Source of the DNA: Methanobacteriota archaeon
GTDB taxonomy: Archaea > JAADCQ01 > Methanopyri > Methanopyrales > Methanopyraceae
Direction of reading: 5' to 3'
Length of the DNA: 64,000 bases
NCBI GenBank assembly: GCA_027064425.1
Contig: JAMOPO010000057.1
Span: 1 to 64,000 of the forward strand
The notes beneath the pieces were generated by a model. It was not told the DNA's origin and made no database searches. It saw only the letters and a program-made list of their open reading frames with translations. Made by a program: the position numbers and the translations under genes. This document shows, in pieces, positions 48,547-57,882 of this stretch. Every line of letters starts with the position of its first letter. Positions within the stretch are counted from its first letter, which is position 1.

Positions 48547-49020
48547 TCAATCGGGCAAGGGATCTTCGTAACTCGCGTGAGCGACGATCCTCCCGTCCTC
48601 CACCACGTCCACCTCGCCGTTCTCGTAAATTAAGAACGTCCGACCATCCACCTCCTCGACGTCCCACCGCGGCACCCGGGAGAGGAGCCGCTCCGCCCCT
48701 TTAACCGTTCCGGAGGTGCCCAGCACCTCCAGAAACACCCGACCGAGCTCGGGATCCTCGCGGTACAGGGACAGCGCCGCCCGCGCCGGGGACTCCTGAC
48801 CACGCTCGACCCGAAGGATGCCCGCGCGAAGCTCCTCGTCCCAGCGCATCAGCCACGGGCGGAGCCGGCCCATGCCGACGGGACCGAGCACGTCGGACAG
48901 GGCCCGGATAACGAGCTCCCGGGCCCCGTCGAAGTCCAGCTCCTCGAGCCGCTCGGACCAGACCTTGAACGCGATGTAGCGCCACCGGGGCCGCAGGGTG
49001 GAGGTGATCCTAACCCCCAT
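48547..49020 (-). CDS. rnp2: RNase P protein component 2 (Pop5)
   Basis: TLRPRWRYIAF, GILRV, LGTSGTVK. Confidence 0.9.
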   Translation of the reverse strand: MGVRITSTLRPRWRYIAFKVWSERLEELDFDGARELVIRALSDVLGPVGMGRLRPWLMRWDEELRAGILRVERGQESPARAALSLYREDPELGRVFLEVLGTSGTVKGAERLLSRVPRWDVEEVDGRTFLIYENGEVDVVEDGRIVAHASYEDPLPD

Positions 49021-49714
49021 CCTCCACCACCGCCACCCCGGGGACGACGAACAGGTGCTTGCAGGCCACGTTCCAGCGCAGGAACTCGCGGGGTGACTCC
49101 ACCAGCACCTCCTCGATCTCCTCCTCGGTCAGCCCGATCAGGGACAGCACGTCCTCCAGCTGCTTGGGCGGGATCAGCTCCAGCGGGTCGCGGGAGCCGA
49201 GGGCGACGGTCACGGGGAACCGCTTCCTCCGGCGCATGCGGAGGAGGTCCCGGATCCTCGACACCTGCCAGGCCAGGCGCTCCCCGCTCCGGCGCAGCAG
49301 GCGCGAGAGGTCGATCTCGACGTACGTGTGCTTCTCTCGGGCGAGCTCGATGTCGTGCTTGCCCAGGCCGGCGTGCGGGTTCCCGCGCTCGGGGTGCGAG
49401 AGCGTGTCCACGCGCGTGTCGGAGAGGGCGGTCCGGTTGATGTCCGGCTCGCCGCCGCCCACGGCGAGGTAGTACACCTCGGGCCGGACGCGGGCGATGG
49501 CCCGGCGGAGCTCGCTCGGGGACTCGGCCTCGAGCTTGCACCCGGGGAGAAGCAGCGCGTCGACGCGGTCCTGGATGTCGGCCAGCTCCTCGTTCAGCCA
49601 CTCCAGCTCGCTCAGGTCGAGGTCCTCGGCCCGGAGCTCGAGGGACAGGACGACGACGTCGTAGCCCAGCCGGTCGGTGGCGAGGGCCATGCGGAGGGGG
49701 TCGACCTCGTCCAC
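49010..49714 (-). CDS. rnp3: RNase P protein component 3 (Rpp30); start may lie upstream
   Basis: LAVGGG..INRTA, VDTLSHPE, ELAREKHTYVEI; operon context. Confidence 0.88.
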   Translation of the reverse strand: MDEVDPLRMALATDRLGYDVVVLSLELRAEDLDLSELEWLNEELADIQDRVDALLLPGCKLEAESPSELRRAIARVRPEVYYLAVGGGEPDINRTALSDTRVDTLSHPERGNPHAGLGKHDIELAREKHTYVEIDLSRLLRRSGERLAWQVSRIRDLLRMRRRKRFPVTVALGSRDPLELIPPKQLEDVLSLIGLTEEEIEEVLVESPREFLRWNVACKHLFVVPGVAVVEDGG

Positions 49715-49746
49715 GTGAACGCGGAGGGCGAAGTGCTCGGCGCGCT

Positions 49747-50208
49747 TTAGTCGGTCGAGAAGATACCTAGCCGTTTCAGGGCCTTGATCCCGCCCTCCCG
49801 GCTCGCCGGGTACGCCTCCAGGTTCAGCTTCACCCGAACCACGTCGTCCGTGTCCGATACTCTAAGCTCCCCCAGGTACGCGCTCTGCTTGTCGAACCGG
49901 ATGTAGAAGTTCCCGTGATCGTCCACGCGCCGCTCGACCTCCTCCCAGACCCGTCGCTTCTCCTCCTCCGGCAGGTGCTTGCGCCAGTGCTCGAGCACGC
50001 GCTCGATGTGGGCCTTCCGAGTCAGCCGCACCTGGAAGATGGTGATGGGGTTCCCGTGGTGGCCCTCCGCGTAGAAGGTCTCGACCTCGACGTCGTCCTC
50101 CTCCGTTACGCCCCCGAGAACGTTCGACAGCGCCTCGAGCACCTTGTCCTCGTCCTCCGTCGCGTGCGCGATCACCCGGGCGGAGATGCTGTTGACGGGA
50201 AGGGACAA
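49747..50208 (-). CDS. Exosome-operon RNA-binding protein (COG1325)
   Basis: HATEDEDKV, EGHHGNPI, YIRFDKQSAY. Confidence 0.9.
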   Translation of the reverse strand: MSLPVNSISARVIAHATEDEDKVLEALSNVLGGVTEEDDVEVETFYAEGHHGNPITIFQVRLTRKAHIERVLEHWRKHLPEEEKRRVWEEVERRVDDHGNFYIRFDKQSAYLGELRVSDTDDVVRVKLNLEAYPASREGGIKALKRLGIFSTD

Positions 50209-50226
50209 AGCAAGGGGAGGCCCCCG

Positions 50227-50817
50227 TTACTTCCCGCGCCTCCGGTGCGCGCGGATGCTCGGCCGCACCTTCTCCGCTCCCTTACCGCGCTTCCGCAGGC
50301 CGCGCGACTTCTTGCCCGCGCTCGTCTTACCCCGGAACACGCGGCCCTTCTGGGACTTCTGACAGATCCAGTTGATCCGGTGGTCGCTCTTGATCTGCGG
50401 GTGGTACGGGTCGACCATGATCACCTCGTAGTACTTGTACTGACCGTCCTCGCCGACCCAGTACGAGTTCAGCACCTCCAGGTTCGGGTACTTCCGCTGG
50501 GCCCGCTCCTCGGCGATCCACTGCCGGCTCTTACCGGGCGAGAACTTGTTCTTACCCATGCGCTTGGGTCGGCGGCCCTTCCTCGGCCGGGACTTGCGCC
50601 GGCCTCCCTTCGGCACTCGGACCCGGACGATCACGTAGCCCGGCTTGGCCCGGTACCCGAGCCGGCGGGCCCGCTCGATCCGGGTCGGGCGCTTGACGCG
50701 CTGGACCGCGGGACCCTTCCTCCACTTCGGCAGCCGCTTCTTCAGCAGCTCGCCCACGTACGAGTCCTTGGGGCGCTTCCACGCCTCGCGCTGGTACTTG
50801 TACATGGACATGGCCAC
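50227..50817 (-). CDS. rpl15e: 50S ribosomal protein L15e
   Basis: [40 protein letters not shown]. Confidence 0.97.
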   Translation of the reverse strand: MAMSMYKYQREAWKRPKDSYVGELLKKRLPKWRKGPAVQRVKRPTRIERARRLGYRAKPGYVIVRVRVPKGGRRKSRPRKGRRPKRMGKNKFSPGKSRQWIAEERAQRKYPNLEVLNSYWVGEDGQYKYYEVIMVDPYHPQIKSDHRINWICQKSQKGRVFRGKTSAGKKSRGLRKRGKGAEKVRPSIRAHRRRGK

Positions 50818-50868
50818 TCTCCCCTCCCGCGCCCGCGCCGGTCCGGGCTTAAGTGTTTACCCGAGGGG

Positions 50869-51606
50869 TCACTCCCCGCCCTCTCGCACCTCTTCCAGCG
50901 CCTCGGCGATGAGCTTCCGCACCGCGTCCCGGCCCTCGCGCACCCGGGTCAGGAACACCTCGGTGGGCGTGACGCGCTCGAGGATCGCGTCGACGAGCTC
51001 GTCCGTGGGCTCCTCGCCCAGCTCCTGCAGCCGGGCGCGCACGATCCCGCGCGCCGCCTTGATGACCTCCTCCGCGAACTGGGCGTCGGCGTTGTCGGCG
51101 AGGTGCACGATGAGCGCTTCCGGCGTGTTCGGCGGGACGGGGCTGCCCCGGCCGTGGTGGGCGGCGACCGCGTGGATCAGCTCCATCGGCGCTCCCCGGG
51201 CGTAGAGCTCGGCGGTCAGGGCGGTGAGGTGGTCGAGCCGGCGGGCGAACTCGGAGTACTTGTACCCGCCCTCGCTCTCCTCGTAGGAGACCGCCTTGCC
51301 GAGGTCGTGCAGGATGGCGGCGGCGAGCACGACGTCGCGGTCGACCTGCACGCCGTAAACCTCCTCGAAGACCTCCGCCATGGCGAGGGCCAGCTTGGCG
51401 GTGGCCACGGTGTGCTCCAGGAGCCCGCCCGGGTAGGAGTGGTGTCCCTTGCGGCTGGCGGGCGCCTCCTCGAGCCCGTCGAGCTCGGGCGCCTCCTCGT
51501 GCGAGAGGCCCTCCTCCAAAAGCTTCTTAACGAGGTCTCGGAGCTCGGCGTCCTCGATGTCGTCGACGAGCCGCTCCAGCTCCTTTAGCAGCTCCTCCCG
51601 GGCCAA
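50869..51606 (-). CDS. HD-domain hydrolase (YhaM/Cbf1-like)
   Basis: APAS..HHSYPGGLLEHT, LHDLGK, HAVAAHHG, PEALIVHLAD. Confidence 0.88.
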   Translation of the reverse strand: MAREELLKELERLVDDIEDAELRDLVKKLLEEGLSHEEAPELDGLEEAPASRKGHHSYPGGLLEHTVATAKLALAMAEVFEEVYGVQVDRDVVLAAAILHDLGKAVSYEESEGGYKYSEFARRLDHLTALTAELYARGAPMELIHAVAAHHGRGSPVPPNTPEALIVHLADNADAQFAEEVIKAARGIVRARLQELGEEPTDELVDAILERVTPTEVFLTRVREGRDAVRKLIAEALEEVREGGE

Positions 51607-51670
51607 CGCTGGCTCCCCTCGGGGGTTCTAGTGATGGCTGAGGGGAGGTCCTTTCTGCTGGGAGAGTAGG

Positions 51671-53173
51671 GTGCCGGACCGCGTCCGCATCTTCGACACG
51701 ACGCTGCGGGACGGGGAGCAGACGCCCGGGGTCAGCCTGACGAAGGAGGAGAAGCTCGAGGTCGCGCGGAAGCTGGACGAGTTCGGCGTGGACACGATCG
51801 AGGCCGGGTTCCCGGTGGCGAGCGAGGGCGAGTTCGAGGCGGTCAAGGCGATCGCCGGCGAGGGCCTCGACGCGGAGGTGTGCGGGCTGGCGCGCTGCGT
51901 TAGGGGGGACATTGACGCGGCGATCGAGGCGGACGTGGACTGCGTGCACGTGTTCATCGCCACGTCGGACATTCACCTGAAGCACAAGCTGGAGATGTCT
52001 CGGGAGGAGGCGCTGGAGCGGGCCGTGGAGGGCGTCGAGTACGCGAAGGAGCACGGGGTGACCGTGGAGTTCTCGGCGGAGGACGCGACGAGAACCGACC
52101 CGGACTTCCTGCTGAAGGTTTATAAAGCTACCGTGGAGGCGGGCGCGGACCGGATCAACGTGCCCGACACGGTGGGCGTGATGACGCCGCCGCGGATGTA
52201 CCGGCTGGTTCGACGGATCGTGGACGAGCTCGACGTGCCCGTGAGCGTGCACTGCCACGACGACTTCGGGATGGCCGTGGCGAACTCCCTGGCCGCGGTG
52301 GAGGCGGGCGCGGAGCAGGCTCACGTGACCGTGAACGGGATCGGTGAGCGCGCGGGCAACGCCGCGCTCGAGCAGTTCGTCATGGCACTGAAGGCCCTTT
52401 ACGACGTCGAGCTGGACGTGAAGACGGAGATGCTGGTCGAGCTGTCGCGGCTGGTGGAGCGGCTGACGGGCGTGGTCGTCCCGCCCAACGCGCCGATCGT
52501 TGGCGAGAACGCGTTCGCGCACGAGTCGGGCATCCACTCCCACGGCGTGATCAAGTGCGCGGAGACGTACGAGCCGATCCGGCCGGAGGACGTCGGTCAC
52601 CGGCGCCGGATCGTCCTCGGCAAGCACGCGGGCCGGCACGCGATCAAGAAGAAGCTGGAGGAGCTCGGGATCGAGGTCAACGAGGAGCAGCTGCGGGAGA
52701 TCGTGCGGCGGGTGAAGGAGCTGGGCGACAAGGGCAAGCGGGTGACCGAGGAGGATCTCGAGGCGATCGCCCGGGACGTCGTGGGCGAGGTGCCCGAGTC
52801 CGAGGCGGCGGTCCGGCTGGAGGAGCTGGCCGTCATGACGGGGAACCGGATGACGCCCACCGCCTCCGTGCGCGTGCGGCTGAAGGGTGAGGAGCGGAGC
52901 GCGGCCTCGACCGGCGTGGGCCCCGTGGACGCGGCCCTCAAGGCCCTGCAGGACGCCATCGAGGAGCTGGGCCTGGAGGTCGAGCTCAAGGAGTTCCGGC
53001 TGGAGGCGATCACCGGCGGCTCCGACGCGCTGGCGGAGGTGATCGTGAAGCTGGAGGACGAGCGAGGGCACACGGTGACGGCCCGTGGGGCCTCCGAGGA
53101 CATCGTGATGGCCAGCGTTCGGGCCTTCGTCAGCGGCGTCAACCGGCTGGTCAAGCGGCGCGAGGAGGACTAG
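51671..53173 (+). CDS. leuA: 2-isopropylmalate synthase (LeuA/CimA family)
   Basis: DTTLRDGEQ, HCHDDFG, NGIGERAGN, AFAHESGIH, regulatory domain GVGPVDA; CimA not excluded. Confidence 0.8.
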   Translation: MPDRVRIFDTTLRDGEQTPGVSLTKEEKLEVARKLDEFGVDTIEAGFPVASEGEFEAVKAIAGEGLDAEVCGLARCVRGDIDAAIEADVDCVHVFIATSDIHLKHKLEMSREEALERAVEGVEYAKEHGVTVEFSAEDATRTDPDFLLKVYKATVEAGADRINVPDTVGVMTPPRMYRLVRRIVDELDVPVSVHCHDDFGMAVANSLAAVEAGAEQAHVTVNGIGERAGNAALEQFVMALKALYDVELDVKTEMLVELSRLVERLTGVVVPPNAPIVGENAFAHESGIHSHGVIKCAETYEPIRPEDVGHRRRIVLGKHAGRHAIKKKLEELGIEVNEEQLREIVRRVKELGDKGKRVTEEDLEAIARDVVGEVPESEAAVRLEELAVMTGNRMTPTASVRVRLKGEERSAASTGVGPVDAALKALQDAIEELGLEVELKEFRLEAITGGSDALAEVIVKLEDERGHTVTARGASEDIVMASVRAFVSGVNRLVKRREED

Positions 53174-54192
53174 ACCGGTGGCTCGAGCCCCAACCGGTCC
53201 GCCACCTCACGCAGCGCTCTCACCGACCCCTCCGGCAGCTCCAGTCCCTCCCGAAGCGCCCTCTCGCGGCGCCTGAACTCCGGCTCCCCGGGCAGCAGGA
53301 CGTCCTCCCCCGACTCCTTCACCTCCGCGATCAGCCGCTCCAACCGCTCGAAGTACTCGTGCTCGTTCACCAGCGCCGAGACGTCCAGCGCCGCGAACAG
53401 GTCGCCCTTGTTGCACGGGACCGTGGGGTCCGTCGTCCCGCGCACCTCCCGACCCGCCGCCGCGCCCACGACCGGGCCCGCGAGCACCTCCAGGGCCAGG
53501 CAGAGGGCGTACCCCTTGTGCTCGCCGAACGGCAGCAAGGCGCCCTCGAGCGCCTCCTCCGGGTCCGTAGTGGGCTCGCCGTCCGGCCCCACGGCCCAGC
53601 CCTCCGGGATCTCCCGATCCTCCTTCAGCGCCTGCAGGACCTTCCCCCGGGACACCAGGCTCGTGGCCATGTCCACGACGATCGGCGGCCCGTCCCGGCG
53701 CGGGAACGCGATGGAGAGCGGGTTCGTCCCCAGCACGGCCCGGGAGCCGCCGTACGGGGCGACCGCCGGCTCGGTCCCGCAGGTCGCGAACCCGACCATG
53801 CCCCGCTCGGCGATCAGGGTCGTGTAGTAACCCGCGATCCCGTAGTGAGACGAGTTCCGGACGGCCACCACCCCAACCCCGTGCTCCTCAGCCAGCTCCA
53901 CGGCCTTCAGGGCGGCCCGATGGCCCACAACGTGGCCCAGCGAGTGGTTCGCGTCGTACACGATCGTGGCGCCGCGCTTCGAGACCCGCTTCAGGGTGAT
54001 CTCGGCGCGGATGGCCCCGCGCTCTATCCCTTCCACGTACCCGGGAAGCCGCAGGACGCCGTGCGAGTGGAAGCCGCGAAGGTCCCCCTCCACGATCACC
54101 TGCGCCGCGATCTCGGCGTCCCGGCGGGGCACCCCCACGGCCGTGAAAGCCTCGGTCACGAAGTCCAGCAGCTCGCGCGGGTCGACCCTCAA
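53170..54192 (-). CDS. comC: L-sulfolactate dehydrogenase (Ldh2 family)
   Basis: DLRGFHSHG, HYGIAG, LGTNPL, DMATS, GEHKGY, LPGE; next to comE/comA/comD. Confidence 0.88.
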   Translation of the reverse strand: MRVDPRELLDFVTEAFTAVGVPRRDAEIAAQVIVEGDLRGFHSHGVLRLPGYVEGIERGAIRAEITLKRVSKRGATIVYDANHSLGHVVGHRAALKAVELAEEHGVGVVAVRNSSHYGIAGYYTTLIAERGMVGFATCGTEPAVAPYGGSRAVLGTNPLSIAFPRRDGPPIVVDMATSLVSRGKVLQALKEDREIPEGWAVGPDGEPTTDPEEALEGALLPFGEHKGYALCLALEVLAGPVVGAAAGREVRGTTDPTVPCNKGDLFAALDVSALVNEHEYFERLERLIAEVKESGEDVLLPGEPEFRRRERALREGLELPEGSVRALREVADRLGLEPPV

Positions 54193-54755
54193 CCCTCCTC
54201 CTCCCGGAGCGCTCTGACGAAGCGGACCTTGATCTCCTCCGGGGTGAGGTCGATCAGCGGCACGTCCGCGTTACCGGGCTCCACCTCCAACCGGACCATC
54301 CGGGGCCCGCGGGCGCTGAGGGCCCGCTCCAGAGCGTCCCGGGCCCCCTCCGGATCGTCCGCCTCGTAGTACCTCATCCCGTGCGCCCGGGCGACCCGCT
54401 CCCAGTCGATGAGGCGCGAGGGCGTGGGCTGGTCGCCGGTGGTCGCGTACGTGGAGTTGTCGACCAGGACCAGCGTGTAGTTCTCCGGGGACTCCTGCGC
54501 GATCGTGGGCAGGATCCCCATGTTCATCATGAGGCCGCCGTCGCCCTCGACGGCGAGCACCTCGCGCTCCGTGGTCAGCGCGAGGCCGAGCCCGACGGAG
54601 CAGGACTGGCCCATCGCGCCGAGCATGTAGAAGTTGAGCGGTCGGTCGTGCGCGTGGTACAGCTCCCGGGCGGGGAACCCGAGGTGCACCACGACGATCG
54701 CGCCGTGATCGTCCGCCACCTGGCCCACCACCTTCAGCGCATCGATGCGGCGCAC
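54189..54755 (-). CDS. comE: Sulfopyruvate decarboxylase beta subunit
   Basis: GFPAREL, NFYMLGAMG, GDGGLMMN, DNSTYATTGDQPT. Confidence 0.92.
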   Translation of the reverse strand: MRRIDALKVVGQVADDHGAIVVVHLGFPARELYHAHDRPLNFYMLGAMGQSCSVGLGLALTTEREVLAVEGDGGLMMNMGILPTIAQESPENYTLVLVDNSTYATTGDQPTPSRLIDWERVARAHGMRYYEADDPEGARDALERALSARGPRMVRLEVEPGNADVPLIDLTPEEIKVRFVRALREEEG

Positions 54756-54819
54756 CCCGATCGCCCCCGGTCACGGAACTTACTAAAGCTTGGGCCCGGG
54801 CGACCGCGGAGGGGCGAGG

Positions 54820-55590
54820 ATGAAGGCGTTCGAGCGGTCGATCCGCGTGCCGGAGGTCGACGGTGCCACGGTGATGCTGGACAAGGGGCTGACCCCGGAG
54901 TTCGTGCGCTCGTTCTTGAGAATGGCGGGCGACTACATCACCGGCGTGAAGATGGGCTGGGGTACGGCCCGGCTGATCGACCGGGAGATCGTGGAGGAGA
55001 AGGTGGAGCTGTACACGGACGCGGGGTTGGACGTGTTCCCGGGCGGCACGCTGGCGGAGATCGCCGTGTCTCAGGGGACGTTCGAGGACTTCCTGAGCGA
55101 GCTGGACGAGCTCGGGTTCAACGCGGTGGAGATCTCCGACGGCATGATCCCGATGTCCATCGAGAAGAAGTGCGAGCTGATCGAGCTCGCGCGGGAGCAC
55201 GGGTTCACGGTTTACGCTGAGGAGGGCAAGAAGCGGGACGAGGAGTACTCGGTCCTGTCGCCCTCGGACATGGTGGGCCGGATGGTGAAGTGCGTGGAGG
55301 CGGGCGCGGAGTACGTGATCGTGGAGGCGCGGGAGAGCGGTGAGCACGGGCCGATGGGGGCGGAGAAGCGGGAGCGGGTGAGGATTCTGTCGGAGATCGT
55401 GAAGGGGGTCGGGATCAAGCGCGTGATGTTCGAGGCGCCGGAGAAGGAGCAGCAGTTCGAGCTGATCGTGAAGTTCGGCCCGGAGGTGAACATCGCCAAC
55501 GTGCCGCCGGAGGAGGTCATCCCGCTGGCGACGCTGCGGGCGGGGCTGCGGGCCGAGACCATGGGCCGCGTGGCGCTGGACGGTGAGTAG
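54820..55590 (+). CDS. comA: Phosphosulfolactate synthase
   Basis: TVMLDKG, KMGWGT, PGGTLAE, EISDG, IVEARESG, FEAP, GP.VNIAN, LRAGLRAET. Confidence 0.94.
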   Translation: MKAFERSIRVPEVDGATVMLDKGLTPEFVRSFLRMAGDYITGVKMGWGTARLIDREIVEEKVELYTDAGLDVFPGGTLAEIAVSQGTFEDFLSELDELGFNAVEISDGMIPMSIEKKCELIELAREHGFTVYAEEGKKRDEEYSVLSPSDMVGRMVKCVEAGAEYVIVEARESGEHGPMGAEKRERVRILSEIVKGVGIKRVMFEAPEKEQQFELIVKFGPEVNIANVPPEEVIPLATLRAGLRAETMGRVALDGE

Positions 55591-55592
55591 CC

Positions 55593-56090
55593 TTGAGCGT
55601 GGACGAGAAGATCGTGGAAGCGCTGGAGCGGGCCGGCATCACCTTCGTCTGCTGGCTCCCCTGCTCCCTCCTCGGCGGTGTGATCGAGCTGCTCGAGGAG
55701 CACCCGGACATCAAGACCGTGCGGGTCTCTCGCGAGGAGGAGGGGGTCGGGATCTGCGCCGGGGCGGCGCTGGCCGGGGAGAAGCCGGCGCTGGTCATGC
55801 AGAACTCGGGGCTAGGGAACTCCGTCAACGCCCTCTGCTCCCTGACCCTCACCTACCGGCTCCCGCTGCTCATGCTCATGAGCCATCGCGGGTACCTGCA
55901 CGAGGACATTCCGGCGCAGGTGGGGATGGGCAAGGCCGCGCCCAAGATCCTGGAGGCGCTCAACCTGCACACCTACGTGGTGGAGAGCCCCGACGACCTC
56001 GACGTGATCGAGGGAGCGTGGCGAACGGCGGAGTCCGCCGGAGAGCCCGTGGGCGTGTTCCTGACACCGAGGCTGTGGGAGTCAAAGTGA
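55593..56090 (+). CDS. comD: Sulfopyruvate decarboxylase alpha subunit
   Basis: LPCSLL, REEEGVGICAG, MQNSGLGNSVNAL, SHRG, AQVGMG. Confidence 0.93.
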   Translation: MSVDEKIVEALERAGITFVCWLPCSLLGGVIELLEEHPDIKTVRVSREEEGVGICAGAALAGEKPALVMQNSGLGNSVNALCSLTLTYRLPLLMLMSHRGYLHEDIPAQVGMGKAAPKILEALNLHTYVVESPDDLDVIEGAWRTAESAGEPVGVFLTPRLWESK

Positions 56091-56588
56091 GCCGGTGACG
56101 TCGTCGAACACGTAGTAATTGACGTCGAAGTCGTTGTCCACGACGGCGACGACGAGGTCGAACTCGGTGCCCTGGACGGACCGCACCCACTCCACCACGT
56201 CCTCGGGCGTGAAGTCGTCGGTCTCCTCGTGCAGGACCTTGACCGCGATCCGCTCGTCCTCGCCCCGAAAGGCGCGGAAGTCGGTCCCGAACCGGCGGCC
56301 CGGCTTGGGCTTCCAGCCGCGCTGCCGCAGGTCAGAGTAGACGGCGTACCGGACCAGGAACCGTGGATCCTCTCGCAGGAACTCCTCGATGAGCCGCTCC
56401 AGCGTGAGCTTCTCGCCCCTCTTTTTAACCTCCAGCCGGCCGACCTCGCACAGGAACGTGGCCTCCTCGGGCCAGAGCCAGAGCCCTTCCCGGGACGGCT
56501 TGCCGTACATCGACGAGTAGAACCGGTTGGCCTGGCGCTTGTCGCGGATCAGGACCTTCCCCTCCCGAAGCTCACCGACCACGGTCAT
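56082..56588 (-). CDS. tRNA-splicing endonuclease structural (beta) subunit
   Basis: YGKP..LWPEEATFL, YAVYSDLRQRG, AVVDNDFDVNYY; catalytic Tyr and His absent (GRRFGTDF). Confidence 0.85.
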   Translation of the reverse strand: MTVVGELREGKVLIRDKRQANRFYSSMYGKPSREGLWLWPEEATFLCEVGRLEVKKRGEKLTLERLIEEFLREDPRFLVRYAVYSDLRQRGWKPKPGRRFGTDFRAFRGEDERIAVKVLHEETDDFTPEDVVEWVRSVQGTEFDLVVAVVDNDFDVNYYVFDDVTGSL

Positions 56589-56787
56589 CGATCTCCACCC
56601 GTAAGACGGTGTCTCCGACCTTGACCTCGTCGCCCTCGAACACGAGCCACCAGGGCTTAGTCACCCGCTCCCCGTTGACCTCGACCTTGCCCCGCTCGAT
56701 CAGCCTGCGGGCGCGCCGACGGCTCTCCGCGACGCCCATCGTGACCAGGAACTGGTCGAGCCGCAGGCCGCCGACGGGCGCCCTCAA
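56572..56787 (-). CDS. Stand-alone S4 RNA-binding domain protein
   Basis: RLDQFL..SRRRARRLIERGKVEVNG..KP..GDEV. Confidence 0.88.
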   Translation of the reverse strand: MRAPVGGLRLDQFLVTMGVAESRRRARRLIERGKVEVNGERVTKPWWLVFEGDEVKVGDTVLRVEIDDRGR

Positions 56788-57305
56788 CCCACCTCCTCGC
56801 CCTCTTCGCCCTCCTTCTCCTCATGCTTGGGCACGCGCGGCTTCCTCACCTCGTAAATGGGCTTGCCGTCGATCGTCTCCGGGGCCAGCCAGTCGATCAC
56901 CTTGTCCACGTCGTCCGGGTTCTCCGGGAAGATCTCGACGACGATCGGGCCCAGCGGCGACTCGCCGCCCTCCGAGAAGCTCACCGCCTTGGCGAACGCG
57001 GCCTGCTTGTTGAGGTGGAACAGGATCGAGCCCTCCGCCGTCACGCCCTCCTTCAGCACCCGCCGCGCAGCGTCCAGGATCTCCTGCTCTCGCAGCAGCT
57101 CGTAGATCTTGCCCAGGGAGAGGCGCGCCTGCGGTCCCTTGCACTCGAACTCGATCCGCTTGACGTCGCCCAGCTTCTCCTCGCCCACCTTCTCGAACAG
57201 GTCCATCTCGAAGAGGTTCTCCAGCGCCCTCATGACCTTCTCCTCGTCCTCAGTAGGGTACACGTACGTTGTCAGGACCACCCGGGAGATCATGCGGGTC
57301 CTCAC
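56784..57305 (-). CDS. UPF0201 RNA-binding protein (COG1931)
   Basis: VYPTEDEEKV, EQEILDAAR, LNKQAAF, ESPLGPI, WLAPET.DGKP. Confidence 0.9.
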   Translation of the reverse strand: MRTRMISRVVLTTYVYPTEDEEKVMRALENLFEMDLFEKVGEEKLGDVKRIEFECKGPQARLSLGKIYELLREQEILDAARRVLKEGVTAEGSILFHLNKQAAFAKAVSFSEGGESPLGPIVVEIFPENPDDVDKVIDWLAPETIDGKPIYEVRKPRVPKHEEKEGEEGEEVG

Positions 57306-57852
57306 CCCGCAGCAGGGACCTCAGGACGGACCTGCACTTCTCCCGGAACTCCGGCAGGCTGATCCGCTCGTTCACGATCATCACGTCCGCGCGGGAGATC
57401 ACCTCGCCGATGCCGAACCCCAGCTCCCGCTCGTCCCGCTCCTCGAACTCCCTCCGCGTCTCCGGATCGTCCTCCCGACCGCGCTCTCGCAGCCGCTCGA
57501 ACCGCGTGTCCGGGGACGCGTGGATGGCCACGATGACGACGGAGTCCTCCCCGAACCGGTCCTTGAAGTACTCAACCTCCTCCGGGTTCCTCACCCCGTC
57601 CACGACGACCACGCCCGCCCGACGCAGCTCCCGCTCCACGTCGTCGGCCACCAGCCGGGCCACCGCGTCCATCCCGTGCTCCTCGCGCAGCCGCTCCGCG
57701 GTCTCCCCGACGTCCATGCCCCTCCGCTCCGCCTCGCGCCTCACCGCGTCACCCATCACGACCACCGGGATGCCCTCCTCCCGCGCCACCTTCACGAACT
57801 CTCCCTTGCCCGCGCCCGGCATCCCCACCACGCAGATCAGCAACGCGACCAC
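57250..57852 (-). CDS. UPF0200 P-loop kinase (dephospho-CoA kinase-like)
   Basis: GMPGAGK, MGDAVR, VDGVR, RGREDD, RDEREL.FG. Confidence 0.9.
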   Translation of the reverse strand: MVALLICVVGMPGAGKGEFVKVAREEGIPVVVMGDAVRREAERRGMDVGETAERLREEHGMDAVARLVADDVERELRRAGVVVVDGVRNPEEVEYFKDRFGEDSVVIVAIHASPDTRFERLRERGREDDPETRREFEERDERELGFGIGEVISRADVMIVNERISLPEFREKCRSVLRSLLRGEDPHDLPGGPDNVRVPY

Positions 57853-57882
57853 CCCCGCTTTCCGTCGCGAAACTCCCGTATT

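Noticed and set aside
51613-51657. Hairpins upstream of leuA as a possible riboswitch or attenuator
   Set aside because: No leader peptide or known aptamer core; largely explained by opposed SD-like sequences
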